A stretch of 58,510 nucleotides of DNA, counting the filler, from Streblomastix strix (lineage: Eukaryota): assembly GCA_008636045.1 (NCBI GenBank). It is 2 parts of 2 records of this genome, joined end to end, with 100 filler letters (N's around TTAATTAATTAA, not from the genome) between each part and the next. Parts side by side here need not be neighbours in the genome. Positions count along the whole stretch, not along the records: positions 1 to 29,231 come from SNRW01000105.1; 1 more part is not named here. One strand, given 5' to 3'. A program made the translations under genes and the position numbers. The stretch's first letter is position 1. The number at the start of each line of letters is the position of its first letter. Shown here one piece after another: positions 1 to 11,790 of this stretch. Under the pieces are notes generated by a model. The model was not told the DNA's origin and did not search any database. It worked only from the letters and a program-made list of their open reading frames with translations.

Positions 1-178
1 GGTTAATCGGCATATTATTAAGAGAATTCACTTAAAACAAGTTTGAACCTATTGGAATAGATGTCTTCCATTATAAGAATTCAGAATCTGAGTCAGAACA
101 TATAATTTACAAACCAAGTTATGTCATCTTTGAACGGAAATAAAAAATATTTTCATACGCGCATTCATCCTCGTTCAT
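1..178 (-). CDS. Hypothetical protein, runs off window edge (MNEDECAYENIFYFRSKMTQLGLQIICSDSDSEFLQWK...)
   Basis: ATG at 178 overlaps the end of the upstream ORF; frame is open to position 1 under TAA/TAG=Gln. No recognised motif. Confidence 0.3.
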
Positions 179-476
179 TTAGGAATTAAATAAGCTTTAA
201 TACTGCTTCTTAACCACTTATCTCTTATGATATCTTAATGATTTCCTTGAGTTATTCCATTTTAAGTCGTTTATTGTATTGTCTTAAGATAAATCTTAAT
301 TCAATTTCAGGATCCGATTTTTTTGCAACACATAACAATGAGCTTAAAAAATTGGAGTAAACAAGAAATTCTTCAACAATAATGCGACGAGCTCGCGCGG
401 CCGCTAAATTGCTGGCAATTTTTAGCATTTGATTTACACAAATTGAAAAATAATTTTTTGCGCATTTTCCGATCAT
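165..476 (-). CDS. Hypothetical Polinton protein (true start may lie upstream of 476)
   Basis: ORF-track peptide 252..476 continues through TAA=Gln as QLKEIIKISQEISGQEAVLKLIQFLNERG to TGA at 165-167; frame is also open upstream of the ATG. Confidence 0.4.
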
Positions 477-597
477 TTTTTATTAAGCAGATTAACGATC
501 TGTACTACGAATAATATGCACGACGAAATACTGATTAATAAATCCCAACGTGATGCCATATTTGCTTTATATGTATTTGTATTTAACTTAAAACAAA

Positions 598-1567
598 ATG
601 TCAAAGAAAGGTAAAAAACAAGTTATACCTGCAGATGCAATACCTAAAACATATTAGGATGACATGGCATAAAGAGGAACTATATTTATTGATGGTGAAG
701 ATGTTGATCTTAATTAAGTGGCAAAAGTTCCATAAATATTGAAAAATTAAGGAACCTTAATTAAAAAACATATGAGCGTAATATAAAAATAAAGAATTAT
801 AGATAAAATTAGAACTACTGATCCATCAATTACTCAGAAAGAGGCTACCGTAGGTTTACTAGATTTAACTAATAAAACAATGAATAGATAAGCCTACGAT
901 TAATACTTTGGTGAAGATTTAAGATCAGAATTTCTTGAGAATGCAATGATGTTAAATAACGAAGAGAAACTAGTTACAGAAAAATTTATAGAGAATTCAT
1001 AACGATATGAGTATAATCCTAATACAAAATTCGCTGAACCATCTATGTAATTAGAACGTTTTTCACCAGGTTTAAGCCCGGAACAAATAAATAATGAGAT
1101 TATGTATTCAGGGTCGAATAAGTAAAAAGAAAAGGAAAATTAAAGAAAAAATGATATTTACGGAATTCAAACTTAATCAGATCTTGGATAAAGTTCATCA
1201 TTTGAAGATTAACCTCCAATAATGCCATTAATGCAGGAGAAACTCATAGAAAAATAATAGTAAGCAATTGAAAAAGATCTTGTTTCATAGGAAAATCTTG
1301 CATAAATCTATGATATTGGTTCATTGGATTGGGGTTGAATGCCAGTTAATGATTAATTTAATAGATAATAATTCAAAACTCAAAAGACTGGTTATTAGAC
1401 GAATGCAGATGGTTCAATATCAGCAGTTCTCAAGAAAGAAAATACAAAAAATAATACCTGGGGAAAAGAAACTAAAAACAAAAAAGAATTATATTCCAAC
1501 AAGTTAATTACTATAATCTGCAAAGGAATAAAGTAGCTTTAAGAAAAAGAAACGTGTTAAAAAATGA
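598..1567 (+). pseudogene. Hypothetical Polinton protein (MSKKGKKQVIPADAIPK...SSFKKKKRVKK), disrupted
   Basis: Long frame from ATG 598 under code 6; in-frame TGA at 1336-1338 (DWG*MP) and an apparent 1-nt frameshift near 1438; basic C-terminus ends at TGA 1565-1567. Confidence 0.6.
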
Positions 1568-1584
1568 TAAAATCTATTAAATTT

Positions 1585-2010
1585 TCAAATTTTTTCAATT
1601 TCGTTTTATAATTCTACATCTTCAATTGATTCCGATTCATCATTTTTGTTTAAAATTGAATCAAATTAATTTATTATTTCTTGCATTTTATCGATTTCTG
1701 CAGAATCTGTAATAATCATATTCTACAATCTTTTTATGAGAAGTTATTAGGAATCTGATTAATTGTATTTAAAATATTATTTTTACTTAGCATATTTAAT
1801 TGCACATTGTTTTCTTTATTATTTCGCAACTTATTAAGCTTCTTCTTTTGTTTGATATTTATATTATCTACCACGTTGCTTTGTAACGCTGGGTGTTATA
1901 GATTCGGGATAAGCTTCGCTCGGAATTTTAGGTTTTATTTATATTTTAGGTAGTTTTTTAACTGCCGCCAATGTTTCAAGTACAATTTATTATACCAATT
2001 CCTTTTCCAT
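1585..2010 (-). CDS. Small basic hypothetical protein, 141 aa, with RGRQYKYQTKEEAQQVAKQQRK segment (possible DNA binding)
   Basis: Open from ATG 2010 to TGA 1585-1587 under code 6. Confidence 0.7.
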
Positions 2011-2071
2011 TTTATTTTGGAATTTTTCAAAAATAAATTTTTCACAGATGAATAAGTTTAATATAATTAAA

Positions 2072-3454
2072 TCAATTTAAAAATTAATCTTTAAATTTTT
2101 TAAATTACGGTGAATTTAGTTATTATTCATTGTCACAGATAAATTTTGTATAATATATTGGAACTGTAATTCTATCCAAATCCGTAAATGGTTTTAATAG
2201 TAAACATTCAACATTACCATTATCATATTTAATAAATTTGGCTAACTCATTGAAATTTCTTCTTTATTTCATGTATCTATGCATTGTACGTAAATAATCA
2301 ACATGAATCATTAAAATATTTCCTGGTTTATATTTTGTAAATTCTTAATTTTATTAATCTTATTTCACTTCACGAAGCTTCTTATCATTCTTTCTTATGA
2401 AGTATCCTTCAAGTTCTTTTAAAGTATTGACTTATTTCGGAGTAAACTTGTAGTCAAATGCACCGTGAGGAATATCATTGTAAATATCTACCATTTATTA
2501 CATTAACTTTGGATTTGAAAAGCTTCGATCATCTAATCCAAAAGCATTTCTAATAGTTCTTATTACAGAATCTGCAACTCGACTATGATTAGTTAATTCC
2601 TTAGAACCATTCACAAAATAAATTTTAAAATCATTCTTGTTATAGATTTACATAAGTTAATTGCTGGCAAATCCTTTATCTCCATCTCCTCGAATATGTG
2701 TAACGTTTTGAGTTTAAACCAAATTTTGCAATGCTTTTTCAATATCTTCCTAAGATTTACTATGTAATGGATATTCAACAAGATATTTAATATTGATGTT
2801 GATGCAAAATAAATAAATTTAATTAATCAGTACTAACTCAGGATTCATAGAAAATACAATATCAATCTCCCAAGATCCAAATTCATAAGAGAAATACGGT
2901 CGACCAAATTTTTCAGGAAGTTATTTAATTTAATAATCAGGAACTACTTATTATTTTTTATCATCGTCTAGTTTAACGCAATGAACTTATTCATATGCTT
3001 TTATTTTGGATTTGAATGGAAATTTTATTTACCCAGCTTAAGCAGACCGAATGGAGCTCGACAAACCTTCAATTCGCTGCGCGAAGCTCGTCGGCAACGA
3101 AGTAGCAGTTTTTTCCGCTGGTAATCTTATATTTTATCTCTTCTTACCTTTCTACAACTCTTTTGCAATATAATCATCAAACCAATCCTAAATAGTCTTG
3201 CCACCATATTAAATCTTATCAGCATTTTCAATAATAACAGGAATTTCATTGTCAGAATCTTGAATTTGAATTTCATCAACAAATTCTGTTAGATTTAGTC
3301 TTGGAGGTTATTTTAAAATAGTTTCTATCGATAATTTCATAGAATCTTCTGCAGTATCTATTTATTTTTTGTTTTTGTCGAATCTTATGAGTAATTAATC
3401 AAGAATTTATGCTTATAATTTACTCTTACGAGTGCGTAAATTACGTTAAGCCAT
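2072..3454 (-). CDS. Retroviral-like (rve) integrase, 460 aa
   Basis: Uninterrupted frame under code 6. Motifs WEIDIVF (D1), YLFCININ, IRGDGDKGF (D2), RVADSVIRTIR (third acidic residue), YNDIPHGAF..TP. Confidence 0.9.
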
Positions 3455-3507
3455 AAATAGTTTCAATATCCAAAAATAAATTAATTACTGTTCGTACTAT
3501 GGTATTT

Positions 3508-6500
3508 TCAAGGCATCAACATTTTATATTAAATTCTATATTTATCTGCAGATATTCCATCAATATATGGACAACAGCATTAGTTTTCTAGTACAATCAT
3601 TTTTGTATGAACTCCAGTTATTCCATTCTTAGTAGTATTAATTCTACTCATCTTACTGAATATTTCATCATCAGAATTTCTTTCCTAATGTTATCTTAAC
3701 GAAGTATTCTTACTTTTAACTATTTTTCCTATTTTGATATTGTTTTCATAAGCATCTTTATTAATTTATGGATTCAATTTTAAACTCATTCCTTTAAGTT
3801 TAGCAGCTATTGGATCTTTCTTATCAAATTCTTATCGTAACCAATAATTTTTTGGCGCTAAAGCTATAAGAGTTGATCGACAATGTTCATTTGCAACTCC
3901 TAATGGTTTCTTTTCATCTTATATTTGCAATTCCTTTATTTTATGTTTTCTTTAACCTTCGTCAACAATTTTACTCAAAAACCAATCCCGCAGGGATTCG
4001 TTAGCAATGCTCCGCGTTGCTTAAGGTTTAATTTCATTACTGATTATTGACTTAGGTTTCGGGAAGAACTTATAGAAATTTTTCTCATAGAATTATTTAT
4101 CCTTAACAACAGCAGAGAATCCTAATTAATAATTTTATTTAGGATCACCTGCAACTGCTAGCATCTTAGAATCTGTATCACAATATATGAGATGAACTCG
4201 ATTCATATCTATTATTGGAGTTAAGAAATTATAATAGAAATTCATAAACCAATACTAAGCACAATCTAATACTGCAAATGCAACTTACAAACAGGTTCTA
4301 CAATTAAATTTCTATTATTCAAACTCAACAGCATATAATTTATCACCTAATTTACGATCACTTTTGAATCTGCCATTGAGATGTTTCCTGAATGTTTCAT
4401 GTATATCGCATAACTTAATATCTGAGAAATGCTCTTGATTCATATCATCACTTCCATAAGATGAATTCATTGTAATCTTATTGAATTATTCACCACCAGA
4501 ATTTCCTTCTATCTTGGATTAAATACGTTATTATATAAATTTCCTAACGAATGATTCAAAACCAATATGTTTAGAGAAAGTCATAACACACTTAACATCA
4601 TCAATTATGAAATGACAATCGTCAATAAGTAACCAGAGATAATAAAAGTAGAAACATATGTATTTTCCCATTGTAGATAATAAAACTGTTAATTTATTTT
4701 CTTCATCACCAGTTTTCTAATCATTATTTTTCATATGTTAATGCATAAAATCTCCAATAACAGATTCCAATGTCTTGCATTTATATTTTCTTATTATTGG
4801 TGAACAATTAATATAATCATTAATATATTTATAATCAATATGTCCTTTGACTTCTGCAATGAACACAGCTACGCTATCAATATCAGATTTTTTATTGGAA
4901 AATCTTAATGGATTATTAATAATTTTCAAACCTAATTCTTTCTAAGTACGACGTGAAGCGTCTTAATCTCCTTAGCGAGTATCATTCTCACATTATATTC
5001 TATCTAATTCGTAACCTGGCATATAAATCCTTTTGCCAGTATATTTAATGAAATCATGCTTAATTGCACTCATAACAGATGGATGTAATGAATTAAAATC
5101 ATATCCACAAACATGAGTCATAATATAATCAAGATCATAACTTACAACATATTAACCTTCAAATTTTAACTTATTAATATTAGTTTCATCTTTAACATTG
5201 TATCTATGAAAAGCATTTGCTAATCCTCCGGTAATATTTAGTCTTAATTTATGATATGTATCTTCATCTTTTAATGGCATTGGTAAACCTTTTGCTAAAT
5301 AATATCTTTTCAATTATATTAATCCCTTTGTTATGAAAGGATCTCTATTTCCTCTCCTAACATTACACCATTAACAAGCTAATTACACATTATTTTTACT
5401 ATGACCTAGACTATTATCAATTCTATCCAATGTTGGTGGATTCTTATCTGTAAATCTTACTTCACAGAACCAGCATTAACCTTTATAAACAATATCTCGA
5501 AAATATTCATAATCATCTTCTTTAACGTTATCTTTTATCGAACGTCCTGCTTTTGCATCTTACATGTTATAGCTTGCAACTTTCTTATTCCAATGTTCTT
5601 AAGTCAACTCAAATGGAGTAAATTATATAAATGCAGAATCATCTCTATTAACATACCTTGAGTTAAGATCTAAATCTTCGCAACTCATCTTATACTTAGT
5701 GCCATTTGCACAACTTGCCATAGATAAATAATTAAACATATTAATATCGTTATTAAAATTCATTTTCATTAATTATCAATTGGTTCTATCATGATTAATG
5801 TTTCAAGTTCATTGTAATATTGTAAGTAATCGCATCTATTATTAAATTTCTTAATGGTATCAGTAACTTTACCATTTTTGTTAACAATTATTATCAATTA
5901 ATCCAGCAAATAATCAGTATAATCAGAATTTGATAGATTTTATTGAGTTAACTCGTTAAAAAACTCTTTTTATTCAAATGGTTAAGATATATTTAAAACT
6001 TCATCATAGTTTGTTGTATTGAATGCTGTATAAGGAAATATTCCTTTATTTTCATTTCTTTAGTTGGATTTTTTGCCAAAATCTTTGACAAAATCTTTAA
6101 GTTCCATTTTTGTAACGAACAACTCAGCGTCTAAGAATTAAATTCTCAAGCCGGTAATCTTGTGGCGAACTTCTACTCGTTTAATATGAGAGAAGTCACC
6201 AAGATAATTTGTAATATGCCACTTAGAACTTGTCAAATATGGTAATACGAAAATCATATCGAAATGCGCAGAGTTAAATCCTAAAACAGGAACTGCAAAA
6301 TCATACGGAACGTCAGTATCATCATACATATTATCTTATTTCACTTAAAGCGCTTCTTCAAATAATGCTTCAAGCCATTACTATATAAAATTTTATGTCA
6401 ATATTTTTTCACCTGCGACGCTTAAGTAAACATTGGATCTAACATCGAAATAAATTGATTTTAATGCTTTCTTTGATTTTATTGTTGATGCAACTGATAA

Positions 6501-8738
6501 TGGCACTAATGCAGAATTCTGAAATGAGTTACGGACCGCATTGTCTTAATCCTTATTGGTTGACTTGCCAAAATATTTATTAATTTATTCTTCCATAGTT
6601 TCAAAATCATATGTTATATAATACTTCGTTGACTTAAATTTATGTAATTCTTAACGAGACCATAAATATTCGTAAGTTTTATTTCCAGTGATGTGTGGCA
6701 CAAAATGAATTTAATTTCCTGATAGTTTAACTTATTTACCATTATTTTATTTGCATTATTCGATATGCTTTTTCAAATCACGATCCCAATTTCCATATTA
6801 ATCGTTTACTTTCACTGCATGTAATTTACAAATCGGGCAATATGCCAAGCCAGTTAATGCTAGAGTATCAGAAATATATAATACATGAAACTTATTTCTG
6901 AAATGAACAAGTAAGATGTTAAAGTCTTTTGGTTCTTTAATTTCAGATTCTGATTCCATTTCGGGAAATTCATTGTTTTCCGGTTTAATTACAAAATCAA
7001 GAAAATAATTATCATATTTTTCATTTTTGATTCTATCTTCTTTTTTACGATGTACTCTATTACCTTTTGAATTTAGCTATGGAATAGCTTTAGGTTCAAC
7101 TTCTTAATTTTCGTCCTCGAAATCTAAGTGATGATATGCATAAACACAAATATTTATATTAAATATATTTGCAAGTTACTTTCCTTCTGAAGCAAGATCA
7201 AATCCTTGATAATATTCACAAAACTCCGTAAAATTCTTGTTTGATTCATTGTCAATTGCAGAATAAAATTATTTCATTAAATGTTTACCTTTAGCAACTC
7301 TAATATGGCTTGATTTTCGTTTTGTTTGCTCATCCGGTAATGAAATAAATGGTAATGCGTCAAACAAACAGTTATTTCTATAATTCTAATTATCAACGAA
7401 CTTAACTTCTTGTCTTTAAATAAATTTTTATAACTCTGCTGGAGCCGCTTCTCCAGCTCTGTTACAATATACAACAACAACCATTGATACAATCGCAACA
7501 AACCTTGTATGAGTATCTTCAACAGTTCTTTCTTAATTTTCAATTATCATAGCTGGAAGATATTAAATAAATTTGTCTAATTTTTTTTACGAATCTATTA
7601 ATGATTCCGTATTTAATGCGTTTAAGATATTGTTATGCGGATATCTTATATCATAAGTTACTTCTTGAATTCCATCTTCGTCATATCTTACTGTCTCAAC
7701 AATGTAACCAAAATCAATAGATATTTTAAAAATATTCATTTATAATTCTAATTAACCAACTTTTCTAATATGATTTTCAATATCTTCCTGATTTGTATTA
7801 TGATTATTATAGTAATGGCGCGTTGGTTCAAAATTATCAGATTACTTTTTAGAATACATTTTTCCTACAGTTTCTTTCGGATATTTTTATCGAAATTTCT
7901 TAACTTATCTTCTAAACAATACCGAATTAAAAGGTTCTGTTAGCATCAGCGCATCTGCATCCTCAAAATCAATTTCTCTGAAATTTTTATAGTCTAATTT
8001 TCGAATTTCTTCTGCAATTTCCTCATCAAGTAATCTAATTGTTCTTAATTCCAGATCTGATAAATTGTTAAATTCATCGTGTATTCGTTGGTATCTTTCA
8101 TTTCTTAATTATTCTTCTTTAAATTCTTACAATTCTCTTAAAGATTAAGGATTATGGTAATCATCGTGTTAAAAAAATTAGCTTAAATTATCAAAATTAT
8201 TTCTATAATCAGCTTCTCGCTCATTCCGCTAGAATTCTTCTTTATATTCTTGTAATTCCCTTTGTTGTTGTAAATTATTAAAATCATTTGGTTGAACAAA
8301 CTAACGTAAGTTCTCAATATTCTCGCGAGCCTCTTCCGCAAACATTATTCGCTAATATTCATCTTTGTATTCCTGTAATTCCCGTTGTTTCTGCAAATTA
8401 TCAAAATCATTACGTTAAACAAATTGGCGTAAATTTTCAAAATTGTCGCGCGCTTCCTCCTCGTGCCGACGACGTTGCGCGTTCTACTTTTGAACTTCTT
8501 CAAACCGTTATTTTTCACGAAGTTAATTCTGTTGTTTAATCGCTTTTTAACGCAATTTTACAGCCGCTTTTACTCGGTTTTTCAAATATGTTGAATAACC
8601 ATGTGGTTTTTTTATTTAATATTCATCCAATAAAGAACTTAAACCTCCTCTCCTAACATTGTTAGTATAATTACGTAAATCATCTTCAAAAAGTTGACCA
8701 ACATCAATTAATTAATTTCTGTTATAAGCGCTAGTCAT
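3508..8738 (-). CDS. Protein-primed family B DNA polymerase polyprotein (about 1740 aa) with one 1-nt frameshift near 5770
   Basis: ExoI TYDFET, ExoII GFNSAHFDM, KGIFPY, palm GYDFNSLHPSVM, KITMNSSYG, YCDTDS, LAPKNY, KLKG. ORF-track fragments 6138..6329 and 4738..4929 are in different frames, consistent with a 1-nt deletion at ...GAT AAT TAA TGA AAA. Confidence 0.92.
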
Positions 8739-9412
8739 TGGAAAATGTAATTAAAATTTTGAAACGATATTTTTGAAAAAGCGTGAATTTCTGAAAAACT
8801 AAAAAGTAAAATTTAAGAATAGAAATCTAAAATAATAAATTTTTTATAATAAATTTTAATATATGAAATCAAAAATTAATTAATTAATTTTAGAATAATT
8901 CATAAATGAAATCGTTCAAAATAAAGTTTAAGATAGAAAATAATTTTCAAAAATTATTGCTGAACCCAAAAATAGAAAATACGGCACTATTTATTAATAT
9001 CTATTTATTAAAAACAAATGTCAATATAACCGATAAAAAATAAAATTAAATGCGATTTTTAAACGGGTGCGATGCCCGTCTTCCCTATATTATTTAGTTA
9101 TTGACATGGATTCTTCAACCAAAAATTTCTTAATAGATTTATAAATAATTAAGCTTAGTTTATAATGATCTTGTTAATATTTAAAAAGAAATAGTACCGT
9201 TAAATGTTTATTACACACAGAGAAATATCAGATATTTCATAAAAAATTCTGAACTTTATTTGAAATTCAACATTAAATTAAATTTATCACTATATCAAAA
9301 ATATAAAATTTATTATTAATTAAAATTAGTTTTAATTTTATATATTTTTGCTTATATTTATTTATTATCCATTCGTTTTCATCAATAAATTTCTTCAAAA
9401 CATTTATTTTAA

Positions 9413-11790
9413 TCATGATACTAGTTTTGTTTGTAGCTTTTCATTTGAGAGGAGGTTACTTTCTGGTCTCTCTCTCCAATACTCAAAGAGTTGATTGATA
9501 TCCCAGGTGCTCCCATATCTTGGATTATTAATCTAATGATTAGAAATTGCTTGTGCAGTGAGTCTCTATGCACTTGCGGAGACTTATACTGTTCCAAATA
9601 TGAGAGAAAGCATTGTACTGAGTATTGATGCGTGATGCTTTGCTGATGATGGCTTTGTTTTCCTTGTTATAGTCAACCAAGTCATGAATTCAGTGTGTAT
9701 GAATGGTATCTTCTAGTTCATTATGTCCTAGATTGTGTAATTCATTTCTTTCATCTAATCATCAAACATTCCCATTATCTTCATGTATTTCTTCTGAGTG
9801 TTATATTTCTTCCTTTCTATTATCATTTGTTGAGTTTTTCTAGTCATGTTTATGTTGTCTAAAAACTCTGTTAATAATTTTTTTCCTTAATCAACTCTTA
9901 GTCCATGAGGAATGCTGCGATTTTTCCTGGTGGTAACATGTCCTTCTTCTTCATCATCTCCTTCTCCAGGTTCAGAATTAGAGAACTCTCTCCAAGAATA
10001 AGATATCTGCTACTATCTGTTAGTAAGAACGTGAACCATATTTGACCTGGCCACCAAAGTGCTATCATGATTGACTTTGGCTTAAATCTTTCCCAAGCGA
10101 TCAGGGCTTTTCCAATCTTCAGAATTGGTGGATGGATCCAAAAGATCTCCTCTATCCAAGGTCTCGAAAACGCGTTTAACCATTCTGCCCCTTCCTCTTC
10201 CTCTCCTATTGCCACGAATCTATCCACGAGTTTATTTTCCCCTGTTGCGAACAAATCCAGTTTCGGTGTTATCTACCACGCTTGGCACAGGGCAATGAAT
10301 ACTTCTTTCTTTACTGAATAATCGCCCTGGGTACTTAACCTACTTAGTGCGTCTGTTAATTTGTTTGATATTCCCGGAATATGTTGAGTCCGTGTTTGTA
10401 TTTTCAGTTGATGACATAGCTTAACTATTTTCTTCACTTCAGCTATTAGAGTTTCCCCTGCTCTTTGTTTTGCTAAATTTTATACTGCGGTAGAGCTGTC
10501 TGACTTGATGTTGATCGCTCAGATTTGCAGCTCTTTAAAGACTTATCCGTAACGGAATAGTCCTAAGAATATGGTTTCCATCTCCTTCTTATTGCTTGCC
10601 CATCTCTTGTGTTCCTTATTCCATTCTCCATGTTGGACTAAATTATCTCCTGTTTATAATTCCAGGGTCATTCTCCAACCTTTCGGGGATGCGTCTGATA
10701 CCATTACTTCCTCTGGTATTCTCACTTCTAGAGTCATCTCTTTATTCCTCAATATCACTCACTACCACCAATAGAGCTCTTGAAGGATTTCCTTAGGTAG
10801 AATCATATTCTCTTTCAATTCCTTGTTCTTCAATGCTCTTATTTTTGTTGAGTCCATTAGTTTTAAGTAGAGAGAAGCTTCTCTTATTTGGACACTTAAA
10901 AAATTCAGCTTGCCTATTATTGATGCTAGATATTTTATCTTAATCGGGATTTGTCTCTATGTTAGGTTGATAAATCTCCTTAATTAATAGCGTAGTTCTT
11001 GTTTTCTTAGGTCTGTCATCTTTATGTACATCTTTTCCAAGTCTCAAGTCCACACTAGGAAGTTAATCTGTTGTTTTGGTTCTATTTCGCATTTTTCCTA
11101 AGTTATTGTCTATCCAAATGCTTCCAAAATTTTCATTATTATCAATGTTTATTTTCACAATCTTTGTTTGTTCTAATGTAGGAGGATCAGATCGTCTACA
11201 TAATTCAGAATTCTTATGTCTGACTCTCTCCGTATCTTCGTTAGAACCATTGCTAGTTATTGTGCGAAGAAGATTGGGGAGTGCTGTGTTCCAAACGGCA
11301 TTGCCCTGTATTAATAAACTTTCCCCATTGCTTCGAATGTTAGGTATGGTCTGTGTGGTGGATATACTATTAGGTGGTGATAGGCTGATTTTAGATCTCA
11401 ACTTGTTGCCCAGTCTCCTTTCCTTGTCAAATCTCTCACTTCATCTGTTCCTTTCATCTTAAAAAGAATCGTTTGCATTTCCTTGTTCAGTGCGCTCGCA
11501 TCCAGAATTTTCCTCCATTTCTAATGAGGCTTCGGATTTATGAATGTTGGACTAAACCATTTAGCCTGCTCTGGATGTATTTATTCTATTATGTTTTCTC
11601 TTAATTCTTCCTCCAATTTCTCTATGTATGCTATTTCCTCTTCTCTTTAGCCCGAGAACGGACAAATTTTCAGCTTCTCTTACAACCTCTTTTCGCTATC
11701 CTCGTTTTTGAACAGTAGGAAAAACCATCTTTGTATGAATCCCACTCCCTTTACCAATTTCCAAGTGTCCTGATAACGAATTGTTTTTCT
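9413..11790 (-). pseudogene. DIRS pol region: reverse transcriptase, RNase H, DAM-type methyltransferase-like domain, truncated tyrosine recombinase N-terminus
   Basis: RT: KWRKILDASALN, DLKSAYHHL, YRAMPFG, NYVDDLIL. RNase H: SDASPKGW, SNKKEM, KSDSSTAV, HIPGISNKLTDALSR. MTase: LDLFATGENK, NAFSRPW, WIHPP. YR start: RYGSTWDINQLFEYW. At least five in-frame TGAs and a frameshift near 9892. Confidence 0.9.

Larger units (their letters stand above)
1..9100 (-). mobile_element. Polinton/Maverick-like element (endogenous DNA virus/transposon), partial; left part outside window, right boundary approximate
   Basis: Adjacent co-oriented protein-primed PolB and rve integrase genes plus tightly packed intronless small ORFs. 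No capsid, packaging ATPase or maturation protease gene recognised inside the window. Confidence 0.85.

Noticed and set aside
1336..1338. In-frame TGA in the Polinton ORF (DWG*MP)
   Set aside because: Trp-compatible, but the same ORF has a frameshift, so it is not independent evidence.
10500..11410. In-frame TGAs in the DIRS RT/RNase H as support for UGA=Trp
   Set aside because: Only one (11044-11046, WT*D) is at a Trp-like site; the others appear to replace Leu, Arg, Gly or Lys, and apparent TGG>TAG changes also occur. This is ordinary decay.
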